64,000 bases of DNA from an uncultured Chloroflexia bacterium (GTDB taxonomy: Bacteria > Chloroflexota > Chloroflexia > QHBQ01 > JADMIH01). The translations under genes were made by a program, and so were the position numbers. Position 1 is the stretch's first letter, and each line of letters begins with the position of its first letter. The notes beneath the pieces were generated by a model. It had not been told where the DNA came from. It saw only the letters and a program-made list of their open reading frames with translations, and searched no databases. Location of the stretch: NCBI GenBank assembly GCA_963797095.1, contig CAWCNY010000001.1:480001-544000 (forward strand), read 5' to 3'. Shown piece after piece: positions 53,577 through 63,040 of this stretch.

Positions 53577-56189
53577 ATGATACCAATTAGCCTCCAGATG
53601 AGAAACTTCATGTGCTACCGCGAGGTGGCACCGATCGATTTCAGAAACGTGCACCTGGCGTGCCTGAGCGGGGAGAACGGAGCCGGCAAGTCGGCCGTCA
53701 TTGACGCGATGACCTGGGCACTCTGGGGAGAGGCCAGGGGCAATGCATCGGACGAAGATCTGATGTGTAAGGGCACTCTCGAGATGGAAGTTGAGTTCCA
53801 GTTCGTTCTGAACGAGCAGTACTTCCTGGTTATGCGCAAACGCCAGAAGAAAGGCAAGTCAGCAGTACCAATGCTTGATCTGCACACAAGCCCTACTGGC
53901 GAGGAAGGAACCTGGCACAGCCTTACCGAGGCCAACATAACGCTTACCCAGAAGCGGATCGACGAGTTCCTGAAGATCAACTACGCCACGTTCGTCAACT
54001 CAGCGTTCATCATGCAGGGGAAGGCTAACTCGTTCTCGGTGGCAGACCCGAGGATGCGTAAGAAGCTCCTTTCCGAGATCCTGGGGCTCGACAGTTACGA
54101 GGAGTACGAGAAGCGAGCCAAGCAGACCCTGAACGATCTGAAGAGCGAGGGGAGACAACTGGAGGAGGAAGTCGTCCGTATCAACGAATTCCTCAGGGGA
54201 AGACCTGAGTATGAAACCGATTTGAGGGTTGTACTGGCTGCCTTGCAAATAGAGGCGCAACAGCTTGGGGTGCTCAGGCCGGAACTGTCAGGGATGGAGA
54301 AGGATCAGGCCAAGCTTCAGGAGAGCGGGCAGAGGGTAACCGAGCTCACGCAGCTGATTCAGAAGTCCATCGCGGAACGCGAATTGTGGCGACTGCAGAT
54401 CAGCGATGGCGAGAAGCGAGTAGCCGAGTTGGGAACTCTGCTTGGGAGCCGCGAGGATATCGAGCAGCAATACATGGAGTTGCAGAAGGCAAAGGAGACG
54501 GAGCAGACGCTAACCGAGGCGCTGGGCCGCGTGCGCACGTTGGAGAATCGCCAGGCACTTATAGCTGGGATGATCGATAAGGAGAAGACGCGGCTTGAGG
54601 GCGAGGCGAATACCCAGAGGCAGTTAGCCGAGAGCGAGAAAGCAGAACTCGAGAAGCGGTCGGGCTGGGAAACCGAGCTCGCTGTCATACTTCAGGAGAT
54701 TACAGCCCTGGGCACAGTCGAGGACGAGCTAAAGCAAGAGCAGCAGCGGCAAAGCGAGTTGGAAACCGAGTCAAAGAGGGCCCGCTCCGACCAGAACTCG
54801 AAATTGCAGGAACGCAGCAAGATAGAAGACAAGTTGCGACAGTTGAAGGCACTGCACGTGGAGCACACAGGTGAAGCAGAGTGCCCATTATGCGGGTCGG
54901 AACTAACCGAGGAGGCGCTGCTCATCGTCGAGCAGAACTGGCAAAGCGAAATCGAGGGTCTGGTCTCGCAGTATGACAAGCTAGTTCAGGAAGCGGCGGC
55001 GAGGGATGTGAAGCTTGCGGAGTGCAGGAAAGCGTCCGAAATACTGGTGGGCAAGGTACAGGAGCTAAGGAGGCTGACCCGCAGCGAAGCAGAGCTGCGC
55101 CAGAAACTGGAGGGGCTAGTCGACAGGCAGCGGCGGTATGACGAGGCGGTGGCCAATAGAGAAAAGATTGAGACAACGCTCGCCTCAGGGGAGTACGCGG
55201 TAGAGAGCCGAGCGGAGTTGGCGAAGATCGTCGAAGGCATCTCCACACTCGGGTACAGCGATGAGCAACACAAGGAAGTTGCAGAGCGACGGCGCAAATT
55301 AGAAGCGGGCGGGTATGAGGAACTGTACCATAAGTTGCAGAGTGCGACCGAAGATCTACCACGTCAAGAGCAGACGTTGAACAATGCGCGGGTGCGAGTT
55401 GAGAAGATACAGCGCGAACAAGAGGACGCGGAGAAAGAAACGGAGAGCCTTCGACCAAGAGCCGAAGAGCTAAAGGCGCTGAATGAGAGCATAAGCACGC
55501 ACAAGGCGAAGATAGAGCTCCTGGAAAGCGAGGAGCGGTTAGGACTGCAGAGGCAAGGCACGCTGCAGCAACTGCTGAAGGATTGCGACTCCAGAGAGGA
55601 GGCGCGTAAGGAGAAAGTAAGCGAGCACGAAAGGGTATCGCACCGGCAAAAGCTCTACAGCGATCTGGCCACCGCGTTCGGCCGCAACGGGATCCCGGCG
55701 ATCATAATCGAGAACGTGATACCCGAATTGGAGGACGAAGCGAACGAATTGCTCGGGAGGATGACCGACGGCCGGATGAGCGTACAGTTAATAACGCAGA
55801 AGGAACTGAAGACAAGAGAGGGCCTGGTCGAAACCCTGGAAGTTATCATCTCTGATGAGTTAGGTACGCGACCATACGGCCTCTACTCGGGCGGCGAGTC
55901 GTTCAGGGTGAACTTCGCGTTGAGAGTAGCGCTCAGCAAGCTTCTAGCCAGGCGAGCGGGGACCCACTTGCAGATGCTGGTTGTGGACGAGGGCTTCGGG
56001 TCGCAGGACGCGAGTGGTCGAGAGCGGATGGTGTCGGCGATTCAGTCTATACAGGACGATTTCGCGACCATCCTGGTTATCACGCACATTGAGGAGTTGA
56101 AAGAGGAGTTCTCGACGCGGATCATGATCAGCAAGACACCAAACGGCTCGCGTATTAGCATGAGCGGAGCTGGTGTTGCATTTGCATGA
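53577..56189 (+). CDS. sbcC: SbcC/Rad50 SMC ATPase
   Basis: GENGAGKS, coiled coil, CPLC hook, YSGGE, VVDEGF, ITH. Confidence 0.93.
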   Translation: MIPISLQMRNFMCYREVAPIDFRNVHLACLSGENGAGKSAVIDAMTWALWGEARGNASDEDLMCKGTLEMEVEFQFVLNEQYFLVMRKRQKKGKSAVPMLDLHTSPTGEEGTWHSLTEANITLTQKRIDEFLKINYATFVNSAFIMQGKANSFSVADPRMRKKLLSEILGLDSYEEYEKRAKQTLNDLKSEGRQLEEEVVRINEFLRGRPEYETDLRVVLAALQIEAQQLGVLRPELSGMEKDQAKLQESGQRVTELTQLIQKSIAERELWRLQISDGEKRVAELGTLLGSREDIEQQYMELQKAKETEQTLTEALGRVRTLENRQALIAGMIDKEKTRLEGEANTQRQLAESEKAELEKRSGWETELAVILQEITALGTVEDELKQEQQRQSELETESKRARSDQNSKLQERSKIEDKLRQLKALHVEHTGEAECPLCGSELTEEALLIVEQNWQSEIEGLVSQYDKLVQEAAARDVKLAECRKASEILVGKVQELRRLTRSEAELRQKLEGLVDRQRRYDEAVANREKIETTLASGEYAVESRAELAKIVEGISTLGYSDEQHKEVAERRRKLEAGGYEELYHKLQSATEDLPRQEQTLNNARVRVEKIQREQEDAEKETESLRPRAEELKALNESISTHKAKIELLESEERLGLQRQGTLQQLLKDCDSREEARKEKVSEHERVSHRQKLYSDLATAFGRNGIPAIIIENVIPELEDEANELLGRMTDGRMSVQLITQKELKTREGLVETLEVIISDELGTRPYGLYSGGESFRVNFALRVALSKLLARRAGTHLQMLVVDEGFGSQDASGRERMVSAIQSIQDDFATILVITHIEELKEEFSTRIMISKTPNGSRISMSGAGVAFA

Positions 56190-56411
56190 ATATGTCTGTA
56201 GGGGCCACAGGTGCAAATGGACCTCTGATCTGTCCTCCCATATTCTATCCAGGCTCGCGAGTGCCCTGCCGGCCAATGAGTGACCTGAATAGATGGCACT
56301 TTCGTTTCCCTCGGTTCCCTTTACGTTGACCTTGTGCGCATCGCATATAGAGTATGGCATATAGTGTAGGACCGCAATGACCGCCGGTATCATGGCTGAA
56401 GGAGTTAAAAG

Positions 56412-58301
56412 ATGATAGCCCAATCAGGTTCTAGTATTCCCGTCTCTTCGAAAGACTACACGAGGCATAGCGATTCGGTCAGAGGAAATTGCTTTCTCAT
56501 AAAAGTAAATCACCACATACAGCAGTTCAACGGCACGATCTGCAGGAACGCTGCGAACGTTCAGTGCGGCGCGTCGGATACTTTCCGGTCGCAGTACTGC
56601 GCCCGGGGCCGAGATGAATGCTATGACATGTATGAGTTCGCTCCTCAGAACCCCTATTTTAGGAGGCGCATTAACTTCGATGGCGCCGAGTTGCTGGAGA
56701 GCATAAACACCGGCGACTTGCTCATCTTTTGGACCTATCAAACTCACAACAGAGGTTTCAGCAAGCAGATAATTACGGGTGTCTACCTGGTTGATGTTAT
56801 TGATGTGGACGACAACCTTCTACCTCCGGTTTACACCTTTTACCCGAAATCAGATCAGTATGCCTATATCGATTTTCCCCTGCCTGGGGAACAGATAATC
56901 CGGCGAGCGCTTGGACCTTATGCGTGGGTGAAGCAGCTTGGCTCGAACGACATCGGCTGGGCATTGAACCTAATCCACGAGGACCTCGATAGCCAGGCTC
57001 GTCAGATGCAGGGACGGAAGAGTTATGATGAGCAGATCGACGTACTCGACGCATTGCTCAAGCAATTCGATACCGACGAGAGTTCGCCGATGTATGCCAA
57101 GCTAGCCGAGGCAGGCGTGCTGGATATGCCGGTTGCCCCATCACTGGTTGCTGCGCCTACTACCGTTACTACCGTTACTACCGTTACTCCACCGGGAGAG
57201 CCAAAGCCTGCGGCCATAGCTACCGGCTCAGCAGCCACTTCACCAGCTACTATAAATGCACCAGCACCAGCAACTGTAGACCACAAATCACCAGTCGAGC
57301 GGCTTTCAGAGACCGCAGCCAGCAATCAGCTCCATTACCCCCTCCCGCTACTCACACGCTTCCACATATCAATGGCAACCCACCCCATTGTCGTCCTGAG
57401 TGGGCATTCTGGCACCGGCAAAACGCAACTCGCCCGCATTTACGCCGAAGCCGAAGGCGCAAGCTTCGGATTGGGTAAGGTACAGCCTGACTGGGTAAGC
57501 CCATCCTACTTGTGGGGAGCTTACGACTATCTTGCAGGAGCCTTTGCCGCGACGGAGTTTGCTGCTATGGTCCGTAAAGCTGGCGACGAGTGGGAAGATG
57601 CCAGGCAGCAGGGGCGGGAGCCGACAAAGTTCGTGCTTTGCCTGGACGAGATGAACCTGGCCCGGGTCGAGTACTACCTGGCGGATGTGCTCTCTGCTTT
57701 GGAGCAGCCGCTTGGCAGTCGCTGGATCGACCTATACAGTCCGGCACTCAACGATGCACGAGGGTTTCCATCTCGACTGCAACTCACTCCGAACATAAGA
57801 TTCGTTGGAACAATCAACGTGGATGAGACTACTTACAGTCTCAGCCCGAAAGTCCTAGACCGCGCTCACATGCTCCGCCTCGACCAGGTGGACCTCTCCG
57901 CTCTAAGGGCGCTGTTGGGAAGCGAGGGAAGCATCAGCTCTGAAGTTTTGGACTTCGTCTTCTTGCATCTTGGCGAGATACACCGGCGTATGACTGATGA
58001 TCCCACGCAGCAGTTTGGTTACAGAGTCGCCCGTCAGATAGCGGAGTGGGTGGCCGTGGCCACACAGGAGCCGTACAAGATGCCTATAGAAACCGCCCTG
58101 GACGCTGAAATCGCTCAGAAGATATTGCCCAGGCTGCAAATCGATCCAGATAGCGACATGCATATGGCGATGTTTGAAAAGCTCTTCGCCTATTTCGAGC
58201 AGTTCGAGCGGATTACGCCTGGCTTCGATGAAACGTTGCGGTGGATGCATGGCAGACGTGAGCGGCTAAATCTTGCGGAGGCAGTCAGTGGACAGCAGTA
58301 A
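56412..58301 (+). CDS. McrB-family AAA+ NTPase with unrecognised N-terminal domain
   Basis: GHSGTGKT, VQPDW, LDEMNLARVEYY, GTINVDET, SPKVLDRA. Confidence 0.88.
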   Translation: MIAQSGSSIPVSSKDYTRHSDSVRGNCFLIKVNHHIQQFNGTICRNAANVQCGASDTFRSQYCARGRDECYDMYEFAPQNPYFRRRINFDGAELLESINTGDLLIFWTYQTHNRGFSKQIITGVYLVDVIDVDDNLLPPVYTFYPKSDQYAYIDFPLPGEQIIRRALGPYAWVKQLGSNDIGWALNLIHEDLDSQARQMQGRKSYDEQIDVLDALLKQFDTDESSPMYAKLAEAGVLDMPVAPSLVAAPTTVTTVTTVTPPGEPKPAAIATGSAATSPATINAPAPATVDHKSPVERLSETAASNQLHYPLPLLTRFHISMATHPIVVLSGHSGTGKTQLARIYAEAEGASFGLGKVQPDWVSPSYLWGAYDYLAGAFAATEFAAMVRKAGDEWEDARQQGREPTKFVLCLDEMNLARVEYYLADVLSALEQPLGSRWIDLYSPALNDARGFPSRLQLTPNIRFVGTINVDETTYSLSPKVLDRAHMLRLDQVDLSALRALLGSEGSISSEVLDFVFLHLGEIHRRMTDDPTQQFGYRVARQIAEWVAVATQEPYKMPIETALDAEIAQKILPRLQIDPDSDMHMAMFEKLFAYFEQFERITPGFDETLRWMHGRRERLNLAEAVSGQQ

Positions 58302-60144
58302 TCTAGAACAAACAGCTTTTGCTGCCTCTGAAGTGCCGCTTGATTGGTGGGCTGCCGTACATCTGGCGCTCGGTACGCGCGCACTTGAATGGGGCGGTGA
58401 GTACGAGGTCGACAGTACAACACCTCTGAGCCTAACACTGCGTTGGCCCGCCGTTACATCTCATTTAGGATCGCTGCTCGGGCTGCAACTTCATCTGCCT
58501 CCTGATCCTGAGGCCGAGGCGGGCTGGCGCGCCCAGGGAGCTGCCGGGATCGCCATACAAATGGATCCTGCTCGAGAGGATCACCGCACGGTCACTTCTC
58601 AGTGGCAGGCGCAATTTGCCAACCGGCGCTACACAGGTGAAACAGTGGTGTCGCTCACACTTTCCGGACAAGCCGTAGCGGGGGCAGATTGCGTGATCAT
58701 TTACCGCCTCGACACTTCTGACCAGGCTCGGTATGAGTATATGCGTCAGTGGCTTGAGAAACAGCAGGAGGGCAGGGCAGTAACAGATCAGGTGATCGCT
58801 ATCCTGGCCCAAGCATCTTTGCCGACAACGTACAGCCGTCTTGAGGCCAAGTGGGACGCGCTGCGGAAGGCCCATGAGCATCTGTCTGCTGCATTGCCAC
58901 CGATCCTTGCCAGCCCTAACGTGGTGCTCAAGCGTGCCGACCGAGTCGTCGAATGGACTGAGTGGATTGGGCGTCATGACCTTTCACGGGCGTTACCCGA
59001 ACCTGGCACCACCTGGATGCGAATGCCCTCTACGTCGGGGTTAGGTGGCGGCGAGGCCGAGGTAAAGGTGCTGCCACGCCGCCTCGTGCTGCGAAACACG
59101 GTACGCAGTTTTGATGTCTCGGCTAATCGATACGTAAGGGACACCGTCGACATGCTTGTGGACGAAGCGCGCGCAGTTGAGCGCGAGGCCGCAAAGCGTA
59201 TGACCCAACTGCAGCAGGAATCCGCGATCGCGATGCACCCACGTTGGAAGGCACGCTTCCTCAATGCCCTTGTACATTACGAAAGTCTGGCTGCGAAGGC
59301 CCGTAGCCTGCGCAAGCGCGCAAATCACCAATGGATCGTATCCAGTTTTCTGGGTGACATAGCACCCGCCCAACCGAAGGCGAGTGACCTCGTGTGGCGG
59401 GACAACACCTATTACAGGCACGTACGGACAATTCGGGCAACTCTGGAGCGCGAATTGCAGGCCGCAGAAAATGCGCTATTTATGGATCGAGTAGTGACTG
59501 GTACTGCTAGTATCAACGAAATCTTCGAGGTGTGGCTAGCTGCTATCGTGTTGCGAACGCTTACAGAGGAACTAGGGTGCCAGTTGCTAAGGAAAGGTGG
59601 CAGACCAATAGACAGAAAGAGCGACCGCCCGCCAAGTTACTTGCTCAACCGTGGTTCATCGGCGGAGCTGTTCAGTCCGATCGGGCGGCGACTGGTCGTG
59701 CGCTTCGATACCGAATATCCGGCAATTCGGTCAGAAACCGATCTATTGTGGCGTGAAAGACTGTTGAGTTATGGGGTCGATCGGCGTAGCTGGCCCGGAG
59801 CAAAAGGGAGACCCGACATTGCAATCGAGGTATGGGATGATGAGCAGCGTGTGCAAGTACCTCGAATAATCGTACTGGACGCGACCTGGAGCAGCCGCCT
59901 TGAAACGCATATTGAGAAGTTTCTGTACCGCGAAACCATTAGAGACTTCACCACAGTCGAGGCCAGTGGTAAGCCTGCCCGCCCTGTAATCGCATCATGG
60001 GTTGTCTACCCTGGGGATCCGAATGAAGTCGACCATGAAGACGATTACCGGACCGGGCGTTTGCCAATCGAGCCTGGACCGGGTTGTGAAGCCATTCTGC
60101 TTACATATTTGCAGCAATTCCTGAAGATTGCGGGTGGGTATTGA
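58273..60144 (+). CDS. McrC-like (DUF2357 / PD-(D/E)XK) partner
   Basis: Overlaps the McrB-like gene; SFDVSANRYV, NEIFEVW, RPDIAIE...VLDAT. Confidence 0.72.
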   Translation: MRRQSVDSSNLEQTAFAASEVPLDWWAAVHLALGTRALEWGGEYEVDSTTPLSLTLRWPAVTSHLGSLLGLQLHLPPDPEAEAGWRAQGAAGIAIQMDPAREDHRTVTSQWQAQFANRRYTGETVVSLTLSGQAVAGADCVIIYRLDTSDQARYEYMRQWLEKQQEGRAVTDQVIAILAQASLPTTYSRLEAKWDALRKAHEHLSAALPPILASPNVVLKRADRVVEWTEWIGRHDLSRALPEPGTTWMRMPSTSGLGGGEAEVKVLPRRLVLRNTVRSFDVSANRYVRDTVDMLVDEARAVEREAAKRMTQLQQESAIAMHPRWKARFLNALVHYESLAAKARSLRKRANHQWIVSSFLGDIAPAQPKASDLVWRDNTYYRHVRTIRATLERELQAAENALFMDRVVTGTASINEIFEVWLAAIVLRTLTEELGCQLLRKGGRPIDRKSDRPPSYLLNRGSSAELFSPIGRRLVVRFDTEYPAIRSETDLLWRERLLSYGVDRRSWPGAKGRPDIAIEVWDDEQRVQVPRIIVLDATWSSRLETHIEKFLYRETIRDFTTVEASGKPARPVIASWVVYPGDPNEVDHEDDYRTGRLPIEPGPGCEAILLTYLQQFLKIAGGY

Positions 60145-60299
60145 AATTTAGCAGACGACCTAGCCGTCTTCGCCTATCGTTCGCCCGACGATCCGCGGTT
60201 CGCAGGCATAGATCCTTTATTGAAGGGTACAACGCAACCGGAGTGCAAGCATAGAACCGCCGAAGTTTGCCTCAGAGCGCCGTCAACATAGGATAAGTA

Positions 60300-61280
60300 T
60301 CAACTTCGGCTTACCACCTCCGAATGCCGAGATGGGATACGCTTATAGCGGGTAGGAAGAAAATGGAACATCCAACGCATGAGTGTTTGCCAGGCGTAAG
60401 TTGCGTTGAACTCCGGCTGATTCCTACATGGAAGCGTCCGCAGAAAGTTGCAGACAGCCCCAAACCGCTGCAACTCAATGAGGAACTCGTCTACCGCTCT
60501 GACAATCGGCTTCTGTAGTAGTAACACGCCTATGCAGGCCTCGAATGCAGCCCGTGGCAGCCCTGACTGTACGGGAAGCTCGACAAGTTCCACTTCCGCC
60601 ACCGCCTGCGATGCCGCAGTCAACTCGTGGAGGCGCCCTGAATACGCGACATACAAGTCGGCAGGATCACGAAGCTTTGGTAGCCAACTCTCCTGAGACA
60701 CTGGTTGAAACTGCTCATTAGGGGATTCGCCTGTGACAGCAGTTTCGCCTGAAGGAGCAGGCGGAGTAGGGATGTATTGCCGTACTAACTCGACAGCAGC
60801 AACCGTGTGGTTGTAGAGGTCATCATCAACCTTTATGCAGCCTATGAACAACTCGGTTTCAAATGACTGGAGCTCTCCTGCAGACAAGGGCACTAGCAGT
60901 TCGAGGTTTGGCTGACTTGACCAACCTAATGCAGTTGCCGTGAGGTTTGCTGATCCTACTAGGCAACTATCATCGGCCCTGTAGTATTTCGCATGTAAAT
61001 CGGACCGAAGCCACAATGATGCACCGGACCGAGCCCTAAGTAATGGCCAAACCTCCAAGTCGCTAACCCCAATGGCGATCTCATCCGTTCGCCACCGCGT
61101 CACGCACTTTATCGGGAGATCATTCTCCACCAGTGCCAGTAAACGCGCTAATGTTCCTGCCTTAACGAATGGGGCGACCAGCAGTATGTTTCGTCGCCCC
61201 GCTCGGCACAGTTGCTCTAGTTGTATACCTAGCGCTGTCAATCCTCTCGTTCCAGAAACATCCTTGCCATCTTCCCCCAA
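60300..61280 (-). CDS. Single-HKD phospholipase D-family protein
   Basis: APFVK, LHAKYYRAD, VGSANLT; true start may be near 61241. Confidence 0.85.
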   Translation of the reverse strand: MGEDGKDVSGTRGLTALGIQLEQLCRAGRRNILLVAPFVKAGTLARLLALVENDLPIKCVTRWRTDEIAIGVSDLEVWPLLRARSGASLWLRSDLHAKYYRADDSCLVGSANLTATALGWSSQPNLELLVPLSAGELQSFETELFIGCIKVDDDLYNHTVAAVELVRQYIPTPPAPSGETAVTGESPNEQFQPVSQESWLPKLRDPADLYVAYSGRLHELTAASQAVAEVELVELPVQSGLPRAAFEACIGVLLLQKPIVRAVDEFLIELQRFGAVCNFLRTLPCRNQPEFNATYAWQTLMRWMFHFLPTRYKRIPSRHSEVVSRS

Positions 61281-63040
61281 TCGGAACGAGCATCCTGTGC
61301 ACGTCTCCTAGGCTGACCATCAGGTTGCTCATCTTCATACCGCGCCCATGCCGACAGCAACAGTTTAAGTCCATCAGAGGCTAGGTTCAGGCGCTCCTGC
61401 AGTTTGTCGGCGTCTATGGTGTCTTCCTCCCTCTCAAGTACCTCTACCAAGTGTTGGTAAGCAGGATGATTTGTGTTTAATATGATAACGATAGCACCGC
61501 CTCTCGGCTTAACAGTGAAAAAGGCCGGCATCTCTAGATCTGCCTGTGCGAATAGGTACTTCAGCCCATCACCCACCGTTGTTGCCGCCATCTGCTTGGC
61601 AGCCTCCTCCGGCACACCTTCATCAAGTAGTGTGCGCTCAATATCGGCTTCACGCTGCTGAGGTGACAGATTCTCGTCCTTATCACTTTCGCCTTTATAG
61701 CCCTCATGTTGGCGCTCACGAGTAGCATTTGTCGCTATAGCCTCAGGAGATGTGGGTGCATGGCGCTGCTCTTTAGTTCGCACTCCCTTCGTCTGCTGCC
61801 TCAACCATGTACGCATCTGTGAGAGGTTCGTGCGTATACGTTGTGCAATCTCCAAAAGGGGAGCGCGGGGGTCCTCATCTTCACGCATCTCTGCTATGGC
61901 TGCTGCACTTGTCTCTAACTGACTCAACTCGCTCAATTCGGCGAAGTTCCGCGCCGCTTGCTTGTTGTTCGTAACACCAAATAGCTCGTCCAATGCAGGG
62001 GGAAACTCCACCTCGATGCCCCACCAACGCTCTACTGGATCGTAGTGGATTATCCATGATTGATCGAGGTCTAGCTCTCGTGCTGCTCGCACAATCGAGA
62101 CACCAGTGTTCTTGGCTGCGTGCTTCCCGTGTGGTTGCGACCCGGGATTCTGACCTTCCCGTGCTTCCTTCTTGGCAAGAGAGAAGCGCGTCTTGACAAT
62201 GTGTTCCTGCCCACGGAAGCTTACTGTATGCGAGATCTCATAATATTCATCACTCGGCCATGGATTGAACATGGCTATATCGTGGAAAGGTGGAGGACAG
62301 GATGTGTGCTTCATTAAGTACCCTGGGTCATTTGGCAGCGCGTCCGCCTCACTTTGTTGGAAACTGGGATTGTCCGCGTCAAACGCAAGCATACGAATTC
62401 TGACCTGCTTATTATCTAGGAAGCGTCTATACATTCGGCCTATCAGGAATTCGGAGTTCTCGATAATTGCGCGAGCCGTACGCCACATGATACGGTCTAG
62501 ATCCGACCAGACTACCAATGTACCACTCTTCTCAAAGGTAGCACCAACCTGGCGCCACAGATTAGGAATCTCTACGTGCCTGGGATCGGGAATAGCTGTC
62601 TGCTTCTTGGTGCGGATTTCATTGACATCCAGGTATGTATATAGGGACGAGTCCGGACCGTCCTGCCAAGACCATACTTCTACTCGTGTGCATTGTGAGA
62701 TTGATGCGCTAGGCAGGCCCATTCCGAACTTGCCCATGCCCTGCTGTTCGGCCGGGACGAGGTGCATACCATTGCCAAACTGTAGAGCAACCTTCAGTAC
62801 ATGAGCATCCATTCCACAACCATTGTCAAGTACGGCAATCTGATGAATGCGGGAGCGCTGGCGAAGCTCAATAATTGAAGTACGCTCGGCACAGAGCAAT
62901 TCGACAACCGTTGCTCTGGCCTGAATTGAATTATCCATCAACTCAGCAATAGCATAGGCCGCGTTCTTATAGCCGTTGTCACGCATTGCCTGCACTGCAA
63001 GATGAGCAGGCACAATCTCTTCGCTCATTCTTCCCTCCAA
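61238..63040 (-). CDS. GHKL (MORC/Hsp90-like) ATPase
   Basis: AELMDNSIQA, DNGCGM, GKFGMGL, SGT. Confidence 0.9.
   Translation of the reverse strand: MEGRMSEEIVPAHLAVQAMRDNGYKNAAYAIAELMDNSIQARATVVELLCAERTSIIELRQRSRIHQIAVLDNGCGMDAHVLKVALQFGNGMHLVPAEQQGMGKFGMGLPSASISQCTRVEVWSWQDGPDSSLYTYLDVNEIRTKKQTAIPDPRHVEIPNLWRQVGATFEKSGTLVVWSDLDRIMWRTARAIIENSEFLIGRMYRRFLDNKQVRIRMLAFDADNPSFQQSEADALPNDPGYLMKHTSCPPPFHDIAMFNPWPSDEYYEISHTVSFRGQEHIVKTRFSLAKKEAREGQNPGSQPHGKHAAKNTGVSIVRAARELDLDQSWIIHYDPVERWWGIEVEFPPALDELFGVTNNKQAARNFAELSELSQLETSAAAIAEMREDEDPRAPLLEIAQRIRTNLSQMRTWLRQQTKGVRTKEQRHAPTSPEAIATNATRERQHEGYKGESDKDENLSPQQREADIERTLLDEGVPEEAAKQMAATTVGDGLKYLFAQADLEMPAFFTVKPRGGAIVIILNTNHPAYQHLVEVLEREEDTIDADKLQERLNLASDGLKLLLSAWARYEDEQPDGQPRRRAQDARSDWGKMARMFLERED

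Noticed and set aside
52132-56189. sbcDC as part of the defence island (Wadjet- or Lamassu-like)
   Set aside because: Canonical Mre11/Rad50 motifs with a zinc hook and no kleisin or effector gene; most likely housekeeping.
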